In this document: positions 62,797-64,000 of the stretch, piece after piece | Position numbering within the stretch: the first letter of the stretch is position 1 | Layout of the letters: every line of letters begins with the position of its first letter | Source: Caldimonas sp. | Lineage (GTDB): Bacteria > Pseudomonadota > Gammaproteobacteria > Burkholderiales > Burkholderiaceae_C | Reading direction: 5' to 3' | DNA: 64,000 bases | Assembly (NCBI GenBank): GCA_036496385.1 | Contig: DASXLD010000012.1 | Location: 211-64,210 of the forward strand | The notes under the pieces: model-generated | Seen by the model: only the letters and a program-made list of their open reading frames with translations | Database searches by the model: none | What the model was told of the DNA's origin: nothing | Made by a program: the position numbers and the translations under genes

Positions 62797-63687
62797 TCAG
62801 CGCTGGCGCGGGTCGAGCGCGTCGCGCAGGCCGTCGCCGAAGAGGTTGAACGAGAGCACGAGCAGGAAGATCGCGAGCCCCGGCCAGACCGCCATCCACG
62901 GTGCGTTGTCGACGTAGTCCTTCGCCACGTTGAGCATGCTGCCCCAGCTCGGCGCCGGCGGCTGCTGGCCGAGGCCGAGGAACGAGAGGCTCGCCTCGGC
63001 GATCACTGCCGCGGCGATCGCGAGCGTCGCCTGCACGAGCACCGGGGCGAGGATGTTCGGCAGCACGTGGCGCCAGGCGATCCGGAACGGCGGATTGCCG
63101 AGCGCGCGCGCCGCCTCGATGTAGTCCTCGACCTTGACGTTGATCACCTGGCCGCGCGTCAGCCGCACGAAGATCGGCGTCGCCGAGACGCCGATCGCGA
63201 TCATCGCGTTGGTGAGGTTGGGGCCGAGGAAGGCGGCGAGCGCGATCGCGAGGATCAGGAACGGGCAGGCGAGGAAGGCGTCGGTGATGCGCGAGATCAG
63301 GGCGTCGACGAAGCCGCCCGCGAAGCCCGCGGCGAGGCCGATCGGCACGCCGAGCGCGAGCGAGATCGAGACCGAGACGACGCCGGCGAGGAGCGACGCG
63401 CGCGTCCCCCAGAGAACGCGCGAGAAGACGTCGCGGCCGATCTCGTCGGTGCCGAACCAGTGTGTCGCCGAGGGTGCCTGGCGAATTGCGCTCCAGCTCG
63501 TCTCGACCGGGTCGAACGGCGCGAGCCAGGGCGCCAGCAGCGCGACGAGGACGAATGTGCAGCCGACGATCAGGCCGGCCATCGCGCTGTGCCGGCGGCG
63601 CAGCCGCCGCCACCCGCGCCGCCACGCACCGGCCTCGCTCGGCAGCCTGGCCTGAGCGGCGCGCGCGGCGCCAAGAACGGCGGCCAT
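62797..63687 (-). CDS. Peptide/nickel-type ABC transporter permease (DppC/OppC-like)
   Basis: ATG follows GAGGAGGA. HWFGTDEIGRDVFSR, EAA loop YIEAARALGNPPFRI. Confidence 0.85.
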   Translation of the reverse strand: MAAVLGAARAAQARLPSEAGAWRRGWRRLRRRHSAMAGLIVGCTFVLVALLAPWLAPFDPVETSWSAIRQAPSATHWFGTDEIGRDVFSRVLWGTRASLLAGVVSVSISLALGVPIGLAAGFAGGFVDALISRITDAFLACPFLILAIALAAFLGPNLTNAMIAIGVSATPIFVRLTRGQVINVKVEDYIEAARALGNPPFRIAWRHVLPNILAPVLVQATLAIAAAVIAEASLSFLGLGQQPPAPSWGSMLNVAKDYVDNAPWMAVWPGLAIFLLVLSFNLFGDGLRDALDPRQR

Positions 63688-63701
63688 CGTTGTCGTCCTC
63701 C

Positions 63702-64000
63702 TCAGCTGCGCAGACGCGGATTGACAGCGACGTAGGCGATGTCGGCGAGCAGGTTGAGGGCGATGTAGGCGCTCGCGGTGACGAGGACGACGCCCTGCAC
63801 GACCGCGTAGTCGCGATTGAACACCGCATCGACGATCAGCTTGCCGAAGCCCGGGATCGTGAACACCTGCTCGGTCAGCACCGCACCCGAGAGCAGCGTG
63901 CCGAACTCGAGCGCGCCGAGGGTGATGATCGGCGTCAGCGCGTTGCGCAGGCTGTGCTTGAGGACGACGACGCGCTCGCTCAGCCCCTTCGCGCGTGCGG
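63702..64000 (-). CDS. Peptide/nickel-type ABC transporter permease (DppB/OppB-like), C-terminal fragment; 5' part lies outside the window
   Basis: The minus-strand translation ends ...VFTIPGFGKLIVDAVFNRDYAVVQGVVLVTASAYIALNLLADIAYVAVNPRLRS. This is the conserved C-terminus of DppB-type permeases. Confidence 0.75.
   Translation of the reverse strand, partial: ARAKGLSERVVVLKHSLRNALTPIITLGALEFGTLLSGAVLTEQVFTIPGFGKLIVDAVFNRDYAVVQGVVLVTASAYIALNLLADIAYVAVNPRLRS

Overview
Very GC-rich bacterial chromosomal DNA. Gene content (Bug/TctC binding protein, TRAP and ABC transporters, pca and liu catabolic genes) suggests a Burkholderiales-like betaproteobacterium; that assignment is inference only. I call about 57 protein-coding genes, densely packed, many with 4-nt ATGA/GTGA start/stop overlaps. 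I saw no rRNA, tRNA, CRISPR array, transposase, integrase or phage genes. Most long Arg/Ala/Pro-rich ORFs in the six-frame track are shadow frames of real genes and were rejected. Many real genes start at internal ATG/GTG codons with Shine-Dalgarno sites, so I trimmed those calls. Core metabolism includes aroQ-pcaIJF, a leucine/isovalerate (liu/mcc/ivd) set, modABC with a TupA-like protein, a TRAP transporter and corA. The main points of interest are: (1) a high density of end-joining repair genes, with two full LigD paralogues, one Ku, a LigC-type ligase and a stand-alone LigD-type polymerase; ku is translationally coupled to an uncharacterised MerR-HTH/TPR gene. (2) A two-HKD phospholipase-D-fold gene sits 4 nt upstream of a CYTH-CHAD (polyphosphate-granule type) gene. 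(3) A signal-peptide-less HtrA-like protease, a LuxR regulator with a degenerate receiver and a 3-TM cNMP-binding protein form a string opposite an ABC-2 exporter. (4) Three exact GGCAC-N5-TTGC (sigma-54 type) elements lie upstream of ku, a YghA-like SDR and an acidic disordered protein. (5) An exact CreB cre-tag lies upstream of an orphan creD. (6) The liu cluster has non-canonical genes inserted. All functional calls come from motif recognition by eye, with no database search, and start codons are best guesses.
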